Notes under the pieces: generated by a model
The model's input: the letters and a program-made list of their open reading frames with translations, nothing else
Told to the model about the DNA's origin: nothing
The model's database searches: none
From: Macrostomum lignano
Lineage: Eukaryota
Direction of reading: 5' to 3'
Assembly (NCBI GenBank): GCA_002269645.1
Contig: NIVC01003774.1
Location: 1 to 57,527 of the forward strand
Length of the DNA stretch: 57,527 nucleotides
Translations under genes and position numbers: made by a program
Part shown: positions 12,598 through 25,531 of the stretch, piece by piece
How the letters are laid out: every line of letters starts with the position of its first letter
Position numbering within the stretch: position 1 is the stretch's first letter

Positions 12598-15500
12598 ATG
12601 TCTGGTCCAGTCACTGAGGACCAGGAGAAGCTGCTGGACGAGGCCCTGTCAGTGGTGAAGCTGCAGGCCTTCCAGATGAAGCGCTGCCTGGACAAGGCCA
12701 AGCTGATGGACGCGCTGAAGCATGCCAGCAATATGCTGGGCGAGCTGCGCACCTCATTGCTGTCGCCGAAGAGCTACTACGAGCTGTACATGCTCATCAC
12801 TGACGAGATGCGCCACCTTGAGCTCTACCTGCTCGACGAGTTCCAGAAAGGTCGACGAGTTCAGGTATGGGTAGAGTAGAGGCTTGGATTGAGAACAGGT
12901 TCTATGAGCATTGGGTTGAGAACAGGTTCTGTGAGCATTGGGTTGAGAACAGGTTCTGTGCGCATTGGGTTGAGAACAGGTTCTGTGAGCATTGGGTTGA
13001 GAACAGGTTCTGTGAGCATTGGGTTGAGAACAGGTTCTGTGCGCATTGGGTTGAGAACAGGTTCTGTGAGCATTGGGTTGAGAACAGGTTCTGTGAGCAT
13101 TGGGTTGAGAACAGGTTCTGTGAGCATTGGGTTGAGAACAGGTTCTGTGAGCATTGGGTTGAGAACAGGTTCTGTGAGCATTGGGTTGAGAACAGGTTCT
13201 GTGAGCATTGGGTTGAGAACAGGTTCTGTGAGCATTGGGTTGAGAACAGGTTCTGTGCGCATTGGGTTGAGAACAGGTTCTGTGAGCATTGGGTTGAGAA
13301 CAGGTTCTGTGAGCATTGGGTTGAGAACAGGTTCTGTGAGCATTGGGTTGAGAACAGGTTCTGTGAGCATTGGGTTGAGAACAGGTTCTGTGAGCATTGG
13401 GTTGAGAACAGGTTCTGTGAGCATTTGGTTGAGAACAGGTTCTGTGAGCATTGGGTTGAGAACAGGTTCTGTGAGCATTGGGTTGAGAGCAGGTTCTGTG
13501 AGCATTTGGTTGAGAACAGGTTCTGTGAGCATTGGGTTGAGAACAGGTTCTGTGAGCATTGGGTTGAGAACAGGTTCTATGAGCATTGGGTTGAGAACAG
13601 GTTCTGTGAGCATTGGGTTGAGAACAGGTTCTATGAGCATTGGGTTGAGAACAGGTTCTATGAGCAACAACAACAACAACTATGAGCATTGGTTCTATGA
13701 GCATTGGATTGAGAACAGGTTCTATGAGCATTAGGTTGAGAACAGGCTTTATGAGCATGAGGTACAGAGCCAAATCCTATAACCTCGCCACCCTGGCCGC
13801 CAGGACCTGTACGAGCTGGTCCAGTACGCCGGCAACATCATCCCCCGCCTGTACCTGCTGATCACAGTGGGAGTTGTGTACATCAAATGCTCCGAAATCT
13901 CTCGCAAAGACATCCTGAAGGACCTGGTGGAGATGTGCCGCGGCGTGCAGCACCCGCTGCGCGGCCTGTTCCTGCGCAACTACCTGCTGCAGTGCACCAA
14001 GAACGTGCTGCCAGACTGCGTAGAAGAGGAACAGGAGGACTCCGGCTCCGTGTCTGACAGCATCGACTTTGTACTGTTAAATTTCAGCGAGATGAACAAG
14101 CTGTGGGTGCGGATGCAGCATCAGGGCCACACGAGGGAACGGGATAGGCGAGAGCAGGAGCGGCGCGAACTCAAACTGCTGGTTGGCACCAACCTGGTGC
14201 GCCTGTCCCAGCTCGACACCATCGATGTGCAGCGCTATCGCTCTGTTGTGCTGCCCGCTGTGCTGGAGCAGGTGGGACTGCGGCACTGCTGAGTCACCTC
14301 TGACATCCCCTGAGTCACCTCTGACATCCCCTGAGTCACCTCTGACATCCCCTGAGTCACCTCTGACATCCCCTGAGTCACCTCTGACATCCCCTGAGTC
14401 ACCTCTGACATCCCCTGAGTCACCTCTGACATCCCCTGAGTCACCTCTGACATCCCCTGAGTCACCTCTGACATCCCCTGAGTCACCTCTGACATCCCTT
14501 GAGTCACCTCTGACATCCCCTGAGTCACCTCTGACATCCCCTGAGTCACCTCTGACATCCCCTGAGTCACCTCTGACATCCCCTGAGTCACCTCTGACAT
14601 CCCCTGAGTCACCTCTGACATCCCCTGAGTCACCTCTGACATCCCCTGAGTCACCTCTGACATCCCCTGAGTCACCTCTGACATCCCCTGAGTCACCTCT
14701 GACATCCCCTGAGTCACCTCTGACATCCCCTGAGTCACCTCTGACATCCCCTGAGTCGCCTCTGACATCCCCTGAGTCACCTCTGACATCGCCTGAGTCA
14801 CCTCTGACATCCCCTGAGTCACCTCTGACATCCCCTGAGTCATCTCTGACGTCTTCTGAATCACCTCTGACAATTCTGAGTCACCATCTGTCATCCCCTG
14901 AATCACCTCTGTCATCCCCTGAATCACCTCTGTCACCACCTGTCACTCCCTCAAGACATTCTCTGTCACTCCCCCAAGACAGCTTCTGTCACCCCCCAAG
15001 ACATTCTCTGTCACTCCCCCAAGACAGCTTCTGTCACCCCCAAGACATTCTCTGTCACTCCCCCAAGACAGCCTCTGTCTTTTCCAGAGCACAGCCTGAA
15101 GGGTGCTCAAGGTTCATTGCTCATTCTGGTGACAAAAGATAAAATATTCGATCTGCCCTTCCAATCCAGGTGGTGAACTGCAAGGATGCCCTCAGCCAGG
15201 ACTACGTGATGGAGTGCATCATCCAGGTATTCCCGGACGAGTACCACCTGGCCACCCTGCAGGACTTTCTGCAGGCCTGCGCAGAGCTGAACCCGGCTGT
15301 GCCAGTCAAGAACATCCTCATCAGCCTCATCAACCGGCTGTCCGCCTTCGCCACCAGGGACGGCAGCAACGGCATCCCGTCCGACATTCCGCTGTTCGAC
15401 TTCTTTAGCGAGCAGATCGCCAAGATTATCGAGGTGATTGGGAGATAAATTATAACTAATTGGCTGCTCATGTCCCCTTTGCCTACTTACAGTAGCAATG

Positions 15501-18500
15501 CTTAAATAAGTAATGAAATTTTCCTTTGCAGAACAAGCCGGACCTGTCCCCTGAGGACCTGGTGAGCCTGCAGGCGGCCCTGACAGGCCTAGCTCTAGGC
15601 GTCTACAAAGACCGTGAAGACTATGTTGACAAAGTGCTGGAGACCACCAACTCGGGCTTGGACAAACTGGGCGTGGAGCAGTGAGCGTTTGCATTGTTAT
15701 TTTACCACCGCTGCCATTACTGTAGCTCTTGGCAGGCTAGTAAACCATAGGATCAAACAGTTAAAACTATTACTACTACTACTGCTACTACTACTTCTAC
15801 TGATACTTATACCATTACTACTAATACTACTACTACTATTGCTATTACTACTACTATTACTACTACTACTGCTAATACGAGTACCACTAACTACTACTCG
15901 TAATACTGCTACTATCACTATAACTATTGCTACTAATACTACTACTGCTAGTACTGCTGCTGATTCCACCACCAACCCCTCAGCATCAACGACCACTCGA
16001 ATCTGTCCCGCGAGCTGATGAAGCTGCTCAAGCTGCCCATCGACCTGTGGAACGAAGCCCTGGTTCTGCTCCGACTCCGGCACTACTCGCCTCTGCTGCA
16101 GCGTCTCGATTCGCCGACTAAAAAGTCCGTGTCCGCCTACCTGCTGCAGAACATGCTCAACAATGGCACCCTGGTGCCCAGCTCTGAGCAGGTCGAACAG
16201 CTGCTCGACCTCGTCCGCTGCCTCGTCGCAGATCCCGGCGCCGACGCCGCCGCAGCCGCCGCCGCCGCAACCGCCACAAACAGCCTTGGCGGCGATCCCG
16301 GCGACGGTTCCGCCAACGGCGCCGGCCCGGACAGCGAAGCGGACAACGAAGACTTGGCCGAGGAACAATCCCTGCTTGGCCGGGTTGTGCACCTCTTCAG
16401 CACCGGCCCGGATCTGCTTGATGAGCAGTTCGGCGTGCTCAAAACTGCCCGACGGATTCTGGCCACCGGCGGAGGTCGGCGAGTGAAGTACACCCTGCCG
16501 CCGGTGGTGTACCAGGCCTACCAGCTGGCTATCAGGTGTGCTGCTGGTGATCCACTTCCCTATCGCAAGCTGGTGACCCAGTTACCCATCACAAGCTGGT
16601 GACCCAGTTCCCCATCACAAGCTGGTGACCCAGTTCCCCATCACAAGCTGGTGACCCAGTTCCCCATCACAAGCTGGTGACCCACTTCCCCATCACAAGC
16701 TGGTGACCCAGTTCCCCATCACAAGCTGGTGACCCAGTTCCCCATCACAAGCTGGTGACCCACTTCCCCATCACAAGCTGGTGATCCACTTCCCCGTCAC
16801 TAGCTGGAACCCGTGACCCACTTCCCCGTCACAAGCTGGAACCCGTGACCCACTTTCCCATCACAAGCTGCAACCCGTGACCCACTTCCCCGTCACAAGC
16901 TGGAACCCGTGACCCACTTCCCCGTCACAAGCTGGAACCCGTGACCCACTTTCCCATCGCAAGCTGCAACCCGTGACCCACTTTCCCATCGCAAGCTGCA
17001 ACCCGTGACCCAGTTCCCCATCACAAGCTGGTGACCCAGTTCCCCATCACAAGCTGGTGACCCAGTTCCCCATCACAAGCTGGTGACCCACTTCCCCATC
17101 ACAAGCTGGTGACCCACTTCCCCATCACAAGCTGGTGACCCAGTTCCCCATCACAAGCTGGTGACCCAGTTCCCCATCACAAGGAGCAGTTGCAACCCGT
17201 GACGCACTTCCCCATCACAAGCTGCAACCCGTGACCCACTTTCCCATCGCAAGCTGCAACCCGTGACCCACTTCCCCATCGCTGGCTGGAACCCGTGACC
17301 CACTTCCCCATCGCTGGCTGGAACCCGTGACCCACTTCCCCATCACAAGCTGGAACCCGTGACCCACTTCCCCATCACAAGCTGCAACCCGTGACCCACT
17401 TTCGCATCACAAGCTGGAACCCGTGACCCACTTCCCTGCGCAAATTGAATCCCCAAGCTCGAATCCCCTCCCCCTTGCAGATTCCACAACCGGCAGGACA
17501 GCGACGACAAGTGGCGCAAGAAGTGCCGCAAAATATTCGAGTTCTGCCACAGCACGGTGTGCGGCCTGGCCAAGTGCGAGCTGCCCAACTTGGCTCTGCG
17601 CCTGTTCGTTGACGGCGCCCTGGTGGTCGATAAAATACCGTTTGATCAGCACGACACGGTGGCCTACGAATTCCTGTCTCAGGCCTTCAGCCTCTATGAG
17701 GAAGAGATCTCGGATTCTAAGGTGAGTGGTGTGCTCAGGTAGACTGCGAGAGTAACTGTCTGATTTGCCTCGCCATCTAATTAGACAATTGGAGTGAGTT
17801 TTAGTACCTAAACACGTACGTCTTCGATTCTTAACACCAGACAAATTCCATCTATCCCAGACACATTCCAACCAACGCAGACACATTCCATCTACCCCAG
17901 ACACATTACATCTATCCCAGACACATTCCATCCACCGCAGACACATTCCATCTACCCCAGACACATTCCATCTACCCCAGACACATTCCAACCAACGCAG
18001 ACACATTCCATCTACCCCAGACACATTCCATCTACCCCAGACACATTCCATCTACCCCAGACACATTCCAACCAACGCAGAAATTCCATCCACTCCAGAC
18101 ACATTCTTTCCACTCCAGACACATTCCAACCACCGCAGACATTTCATCGACCCCTGACACATTCCATCTACCCCAGACACATTCCAACCACCGCAGACAT
18201 TTCATCGACCCCTGACACATTCCATCTACCCCAGACACATTCCATCTACCCCAGACACATTTCATCTACCCCAGACACATTCCATCCACCACAGACACAT
18301 TTCATCTACCCCAGACACATTCCATCCACCACAGACACATTCCATCTACCCCAGACACATTCCATCTACCCCTGAGACATTTAATCCACCACAGACACAT
18401 TCCATCTACCTCAGACACATTCCAACCACCGCAGACATTTCATCGACCCCAGACACATTCCATCCACTGCAGACACATTCCATCTACCCCAGACACATTC

Positions 18501-19882
18501 CAACCACCGCAGACATTTCATCGACCCCTGACACATTCCATCTACCCCAGACACATTTCATCTACCCCAGACACATTCCATCCACCACAGACACATTTCA
18601 TCTACCCCAGACACATTTCATCTGCCCCAGACACATTCCATCCACCACAGACACATTCCATCTACCCCAGACACATTTCATCTACCCCAGACACATTCCA
18701 ACCACCGTAGACACGTTCCAGTCTAAACTTCAGTGCATTTGGACCGTAGTGTTATTTAATATTTTTGGTAAACGGCGAGAGTAACTATCCGTACATTTAT
18801 TTACACTAATGCCTCGTCATCTAATTGGTATTGAATGTGGATTTGTCATTGCGGCAGGCCCAGCTGGCGGCCATCACCCTGCTCACTGGCGCCCTGCAGC
18901 GCATGACCTGCTTCGCTGCCGAGAATCACGAGCCGCTCCGCTCCCAGACGGTGCACGCCGCCTCTAAGCTGTTGCGCAAACCCGACCAGAGCCGCGCCGT
19001 GGCCGCCTGCGCTCACCTGTTCTGGAGCGGCCGGCCGCGCGAACTGCAAGGCGCCGAGATGCGCGATTTGAAAAAAGTTGGCGAATGCCTGAAACGGGCC
19101 GGCAGGCTGGCCAGCCAGTGCATGGACGCCGGCCTTCAGGCCCAGCTGTACACGGAGCTGGTCAACTACTATCTGTACTTTGTGCTGCAGTCCGCTGGTC
19201 AGTCTCTGGTGCCGCTGCAGTCTGCAGTGTCTGGAGTGTGTCTGGTGTGGTTGATGTGTCTGAAGTTTTTCGGGTCTGTCTAGATTGATTGATGGGTCTG
19301 GCGTTGCCGAAATGTGTCGGAATGTGTGTGAAGCAGTTGGAATATGTCTGGAGCAGTTGGAGTGTGTCTGGAGCAGTTGGAGTGTGTCTGGAGCAGTTGG
19401 AATGTGTCTGGAGCAGTTGGAGTGTGTCTAGAGCAGTTGGAATGTGTCTGGAGCAGTTGGAGTGTGTCTGGAGCAGTTGGAATGTGTCTGGAGCAGTTGG
19501 AGTGTGTCTGGAGCAGTTGGAATGTGTCTGGAGCAGTTGGAGTGTGTCTGGAGCAGTTGGAATGTGTCTGGAGCAGTTAGAGTGTGTCTGGAGCAGTTAG
19601 AGTGTGTCTATATTTAGGCAATAGAAATTGCTGCAGTTGCATTACAACTCAATCGCCGCACTCCATATTTGGTTGCCAGGCAGCAACCTGGACGTGTCCC
19701 AGCTGAGCAGCACAGCTGGGCAGCTGCTGGCCAAAATCCGCGAGATTCTGTCCGGCCTGGAGCCCAGCGCGGACTCCGAGCACATTCACAAGCACTTCGA
19801 AGCCACCGTGGAATTCGCCCGCAGTCAGAGCGCCTCAGGCGATGCCACGATTGCGGGACTGCTGGCCCAGCTGGAGCTCTGA
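12598..19882 (+). CDS. VPS35: Vacuolar protein sorting 35 (retromer), 827 aa; join(12598..12864,13804..14271,15170..15433,15532..15680,15984..16535,17481..17721,18858..19197,19680..19882)
   Basis: All junctions are GT-AG and phase-consistent (2484 nt). Motifs [57 protein letters not shown] (the human D620-equivalent Asp is retained) and CAHLFWSG are present. Confidence 0.97.
12885..13760. repeat. VPS35 intron 1: 27-bp array (gagcattgggttgagaacaggttctgt)
   Basis: About 30 copies between donor 12865 and acceptor 13803. Confidence 0.95.
14289..15080. repeat. VPS35 intron 2: 21-bp array (ctgagtcacctctgacatccc) with a degenerate tail
   Basis: About 28 near-perfect copies to about 14880, then diverged caagacattctctgtcactccc units. 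Confidence 0.95.
15768..15958. repeat. VPS35 intron 4: imperfect (TAC)n microsatellite
   Basis: tactactactactgctacta... run. Confidence 0.9.
16545..17440. repeat. VPS35 intron 5: 26/30-bp array (gctggtgacccagttccccatcacaa and aacccgtgaccc variants)
   Basis: Tandem units from about +8 of the donor to near the acceptor. Confidence 0.93.
17840..18715. repeat. VPS35 intron 6: 20-bp array (ccagacacattccatctacc)
   Basis: Tandem periodicity. Confidence 0.93.
19325..19610. repeat. VPS35 intron 7: 20-bp array (gtgtgtctggagcagttgga)
   Basis: About 14 copies. Confidence 0.93.
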
Positions 19883-20384
19883 GCTGGGCTGGCCGATGCC
19901 GGAGAGCTCCGCGCCGCACTCTGTAACCATAGAAACTGTTGCGGTGCGTTCTTCTGATCGACTATATTTAGATAATGAACTATACTTAGTGCTTGGGCTT
20001 ATATCAAGTTATTCAAGTCTTATTTGCGTTTTTGTCGGTTTGGTTAGCGAGTGCAAATTCTCTGAATTGTCCTGTCTGGTTTATTTATTGAACTGTAATT
20101 CTCTGTGTCAGCCGCACGTCTGGCAGATCTATGAGCTACTACCGGATTAGCCTATCCTATACTGATTCATTTTTTAATAATTCATTTTTTGCTCTGGTTG
20201 CCGAAATTAGCTATGATTTGAACTCGACCTGTCTCTGTGCAACCGTGCAACTCGCTGCATAATAAATCTTGTTTCAGCTCATGTAAATGAGTAGCACCAC
20301 CCGCATTGGAACCGCTGAGATTTGAAATTCTGTCACCGGTGCAGAGCTTCAGCCCGAAACCTGATTTCAGCCCTGTTGGATCAC

Positions 20385-21075
<691 letters not shown>

Positions 21076-21989
21076 GGAATATTCTAGCGCGAAATTTTTT
21101 AAAGAAAACGTCAGTCAGTTATTAGTCTGTCGTCAGGCCCTTATAATTTAATGTGTTGTGGTTGAGTAACAATAATAATTATAATAATTAATGGTACTGA
21201 CACAATATGCTCTCGCTCGTAATTTAATCCAGATAAATTTAATTCGCTTTACTTCGTTGTTCAATTGCTCATCGATTTCCCTCACTAATGTGACTACTAC
21301 TAGCTAAAGTACATGATTGATAATTAGTACTAACGCAGCGTTTTGATCCATCATCCAATGAAAAGCTCTATTTTTCTTTAAAAACAACAGTTTAAACAAA
21401 TTTGAATTTTGACTCTTACTAAATTCTGCACAGATGTTGTACTCAATAATGCAAGATTAAACAATATTTACGGAAAGCAATGTCGGTCAATTTTTGTTTT
21501 CAATAATCCAGCGATTGCTGTTTATTATTCGTTATAATATTCAATCTACCAACAAGGCATGCCGATTTTGTTCAGTTCTTATTCTATTGCTTGTTATCGA
21601 CGGTTAAATATGTTGTCTCTCACACCTCTATATGAAATATAAAGTTGACTATTATAGACTAAGTTTGATTGCTGCCTGATTCATTTTGCTGATTGTCTCG
21701 CATAGAATATTTTATATTGCCAAATTTAGTCTTTGTTTTATTTTGTTCCGCAATAGAAAATTCTCGAAATGTAGAAGATCGTAGGTTTTATTTTACCCGA
21801 CTTGAGCTTGAAGTTAAACTAAAAAACTAAACTTTTTACGTAGTAAGTAGACAGTAGTCCTGTTTAGCTAACAGATTTAGCTAATGGTAATACATTTATG
21901 GGCTATACATGTATATTAAATTTCACAAGATTATATACAGTAATTGTAAGAATAATAAAGAGTAAATAATAGAACATTGTGTGATAAAA

Positions 21990-22350
21990 AATATTCGTAT
22001 ACCGCTATTTGAAATTTGAAATTTGACATTTTAATATTAAACAGGAAAAAACATTTGTTGTTTTCTTAAAGCTATTTTTGATGACACGCATTTCAGCTCC
22101 AACGCTAAAGTCGTTAGATTAAAGTCTTCTGTCTAAGGCAGACAGGCAGACAGACAGGCACTAAGACAGACATACCACAGAATATACTGTGTAATATATT
22201 CTGTGCAGACTTACACTGGGACAGACGGACAGACAATCAGACAGGCTCTAAGACACAGGCAGATAGACAGAGACCGAACTTTAGTACCGTAAGTACTAAT
22301 AAGTACTAGTAATTATACGAGCATATTAGATAATGCTCGTATAATTAGAT
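21990..22350 (-). mobile_element. Possible Helentron-associated (HINE/DINE-1-like) non-autonomous element
   Basis: On the minus strand: a 15-bp-stem hairpin (22310-22347), then a degenerate TCTG/TCCG microsatellite, a second hairpin (22176-22205) and a gtatacgaa echo of the terminal ttatacgag near 21995. This layout resembles DINE-1-type elements. Confidence 0.4.
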
Positions 22351-22591
22351 AGATACAGCGCCTCATCTGAAATACCCTCGGAAACATTAAAAAGTTTCGC
22401 ACTTGTATGTACATGTACCACAGGAGGGCCATAGCTGGAGGCTGGCCCTTAATGGCACCTAGCTAGGGTATCCCTAAGGAATCTAGTGACAACCCCCTAG
22501 GTAACCCCTAGCTAGCCACTAATTGTAGCCCCTAGGGGCCCCCTAGGCAATTTTCAAGTGGGAAGGATCAAAAGCCACTGCAGATAAATGA

Positions 22592-23120
22592 ATGTGCTGC
22601 ATTACTTCGAGTTCTTCAGCTGCTAAAACTGGGCTGCCAAAAAAGCGGCAGTGCTACGAATTTTATGAGAACTACAAGGTAGAAATTGTTCCGCAGCATG
22701 AACATAACGAGTATTTGTACCGCTTCGACAGCCAGGGCGTGCTGCTGCCACTCATGCGGCTCTCTAAGGACGAGGAGAACTGGACTTACCGAGCAGCAGC
22801 CGGTGGGGCTTGGATCCGCAGCAGTCGGTGGTAGCGGCAGCCACCGGTGCGCAACGGCATGGCTGGCCTACCGAGCACCATGCGTTACTTTCAGCACCTC
22901 AGAGCTCTGTTCAATGAGTCCTGGGTGGTGATGGTGGAAAACGAATCGACGGACTTGACCCGCAGCTTCCTGTACCACATGACGCTGACCGATTCCAACA
23001 TGTGGCTGCTGGGCTGCGGCTGGATCAACTCTCCGCTGCCGTGCAGGACCAACTACCGACACAGCACCGGGTGCGAGCACTGGCCTGGTCCGTACCACTA
23101 CCGCAGCTTCGCGGAGGAGT
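22592..23120 (+). CDS. Orphan coding-like island, unknown product, interrupted by an in-frame TAG (22832-22834)
   Basis: ORFs 22592 and 22847 share a frame and show strong GC3 bias (gtg atg gtg gaa aac...ctg ctg ggc tgc ggc tgg) within AT-rich flanks. No family recognised; ends uncertain. Confidence 0.5.
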
Positions 23121-24258
23121 TTGTTTGGTTGGTAGCTAGTTGGTTGGTAGCTAGGCGAAGCTCCCGCTTTCCCACTGCCTGTAGCTTATTTCCTCAATGC
23201 GGATGCTCACCTTCTACGTTAAATTTCGTTACAGTATGGAACTGTAACTGTAGCACCGATTTGAAACGGCCTCAGGAAACAAAAGAGCAAAATCAAAACT
23301 CTGTTTCAACCTCCTCAGTTGCTTAATTGCACTACGGAATTACAAACTTCCCTTTTGACAACTAATTCTGTTTTAAAAGTTAAGCAGTGTGCACAGTTTC
23401 TTTTCTTAAGTCTCTAATAAGATTTGCATGGAACAGTAGTTAATGAAGTCCCATTATTCAGCATTAACTTTGTTTTAACTACCATGTATTTCTAAGGAAT
23501 TTTGCAGAAAGTTTAAGTTCAGATAAATTTACTTGCCCGATGGCCGGTCTGGTACTGGTCTGGCCCGTTAGCGTTAACGTCCCGCCTGTGGTCTGATTAG
23601 TCTGGAGCTGAGTGCGATTTTCATCCATGTCACAACTCGCAGGTTGTGTAAAATGTTTGCGTCATCTTGATGCATACTGTCTAGCCTATAAACAAATGAA
23701 GACGTGAAGTCAGCTTTTCGAATTTAACCTATTTGTCATAAAGCAGATTGCAGAATAACCATACCGCTAATTTGTCCAGTCACTGCACAAATAAAAACTG
23801 TCTTGTCATATTAATGCCACCTGAATCATGTGTAAAGAGTAGATCTAGTCATCTATTAATATGGAGTTATATATATAGGCCTATAAGTAACAAAAGTCAT
23901 GCTCTAGGCCTAACATGTAGCCTGTTTACACTGTACATGGTCCATCGTCCATGGATGATGGATATTGAGACTTATACTATTGTTAGGCTTAGGTAGGGAC
24001 TCCAGTGAGATTTTGAGAATGATTCTTTTTTTATAATTTTTCATTATTATCCATTTGATTAATCTCATTTGCCTTAAAAAATGCTTTAATTTTGAAAAAA
24101 AATTGGTGAATTCTCAAGAGTCAAGCAAACTATTCAAATTCAAATATAAGTTTTAACAGTATTTTGTCAAATGGAAAATTACAGATTTTTGCATTCTTTT
24201 TCAAAAAGTTGTAGTACATGGTGTGAACAAACTTTTTTCATAGTAATAGGCCTAGTTC

Positions 24259-24525
24259 CCCTATTGCAGCCAAGGTCTGAACCGCGCCGGACGCCCCCCT
24301 TTCCCGCGCCAGACATCTACCCGTACTGCGCCAGGGCCAGTCCCCAGGATCAGTGATTTGGTTCAATTAGTCAGTCAATGGCTCGCCGCGCGCTGCGCGC
24401 CGCCGCCACACACCACGCCACCGCGCGCCGCCGCCACGCGCCGCGCCGCCGCCGCGCGCCGCGCCGCCACCAGTCCAATCCGCGCCGGACGCCGTCCACG
24501 AAAATGGCCATTGGCTGCAATAGGG
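24259..24525. mobile_element. GC-rich MITE, 267 bp
   Basis: Perfect 15-bp TIRs ccctattgcagccaa / ttggctgcaataggg; 8-bp TSD cctagttc at 24251-24258 and 24526-24533. Confidence 0.88.
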
Positions 24526-24809
24526 CCTAGTTCCAATACATGGCGCAAGCAAACTTTTTTGATAGGATTCATTCTGGTGCAGGTGTGCCATGATCCTGAC
24601 TATGGATACATAGTTAAAAAGATAGCCTTTTTCATAAAAAATTCTATCTTAAAAGTGGGTTGGATATGTACCACACTGGCGCATTCCAGTGCAGCAGCAG
24701 GCAAGGAAGGAAATCTGGCTCAGTACCTATGGCACAAGTCAAAAAATTGGCACAATTATTTGTAAGACAATATTTTTTAAATAGAAAATTAGTATTTAGG
24801 TCATTCAAT

Positions 24810-25531
24810 GAGATGGTCCTATCATGTTTTTGAACTTTAAGCACTTGTAAAAAACAACTATCAGAAAAATTTATGCTTTGCTATGGGTTTAGTTTTAGAA
24901 TTCATACAACATAAATAGCTATATGAATAGAGTTAGAAGTTTGACATATTGTTTTTTGCATCTTTGTTCTATCTATAGTCTAGATCATGCTAGGTGCACA
25001 CCTGAACAAAAATTAAATAATTACAAATGCATGCCAAAAAAATTGATTGCACACCCATTCTTAAAACTATGCCGGTGTTGCAACAATAAATGATATTTTC
25101 AACATTGTGACAATAAATAACCTTTTTGAATTGCATAATGGACATTTTTTGGCAAATAATTTAGTTCATTTTTATGATTTTTGGCAATATTATTTATAGT
25201 GAATATTGACTCATGCAAAGATTTGTTTAAATGCTTTAATACAAGCTTTAAAAACCCCTAAAGCTTGAAATTTATGCTTCAGAATGAACTTTTCTTAACT
25301 TTTTTCTATTTCATAATAACTCTTCTGCATGATTCTTTAAATTGCACACCAGGTGTGCATACACAATTTTTCTTAGGAGTGATACATGCCAACCGCATGC
25401 CTACTTTTGGCGTACAAGGCCAATGTATGCCCAGTGTATACTATATGATCTAGAGTGTGGTGTTCTATCAATTAGGCCTATGGTTCAAAAGTTATAAGTG
25501 CTTAAAGTTCAAAACATGATGGGACCCTCTC
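24810..25531. mobile_element. Old element with degenerate inverted ends
   Basis: 24810-24846 gagatggtcctatcatgtttttgaactttaagcactt is the near reverse complement of 25496-25531 aagtgcttaaagttcaaaacatgatgggaccctctc. No TSD resolved. Confidence 0.5.

Noticed and set aside
12754-13773. 272-339 aa repetitive ORFs on both strands, e.g. (HWVENRFCE)n
   Set aside because: They lie inside VPS35 intron 1; 27-mer array.
15614-16018. Poly-Leu ORF resembling a transmembrane protein
   Set aside because: It is the (TAC)n microsatellite of VPS35 intron 4 read through.
22310-22347. Resemblance to loxP (TATACGA/TCGTATA arms, 8-nt spacer) or a tac -10 box as vector contamination
   Set aside because: The arms differ from loxP and there is no vector context; it is embedded in native repeat DNA.
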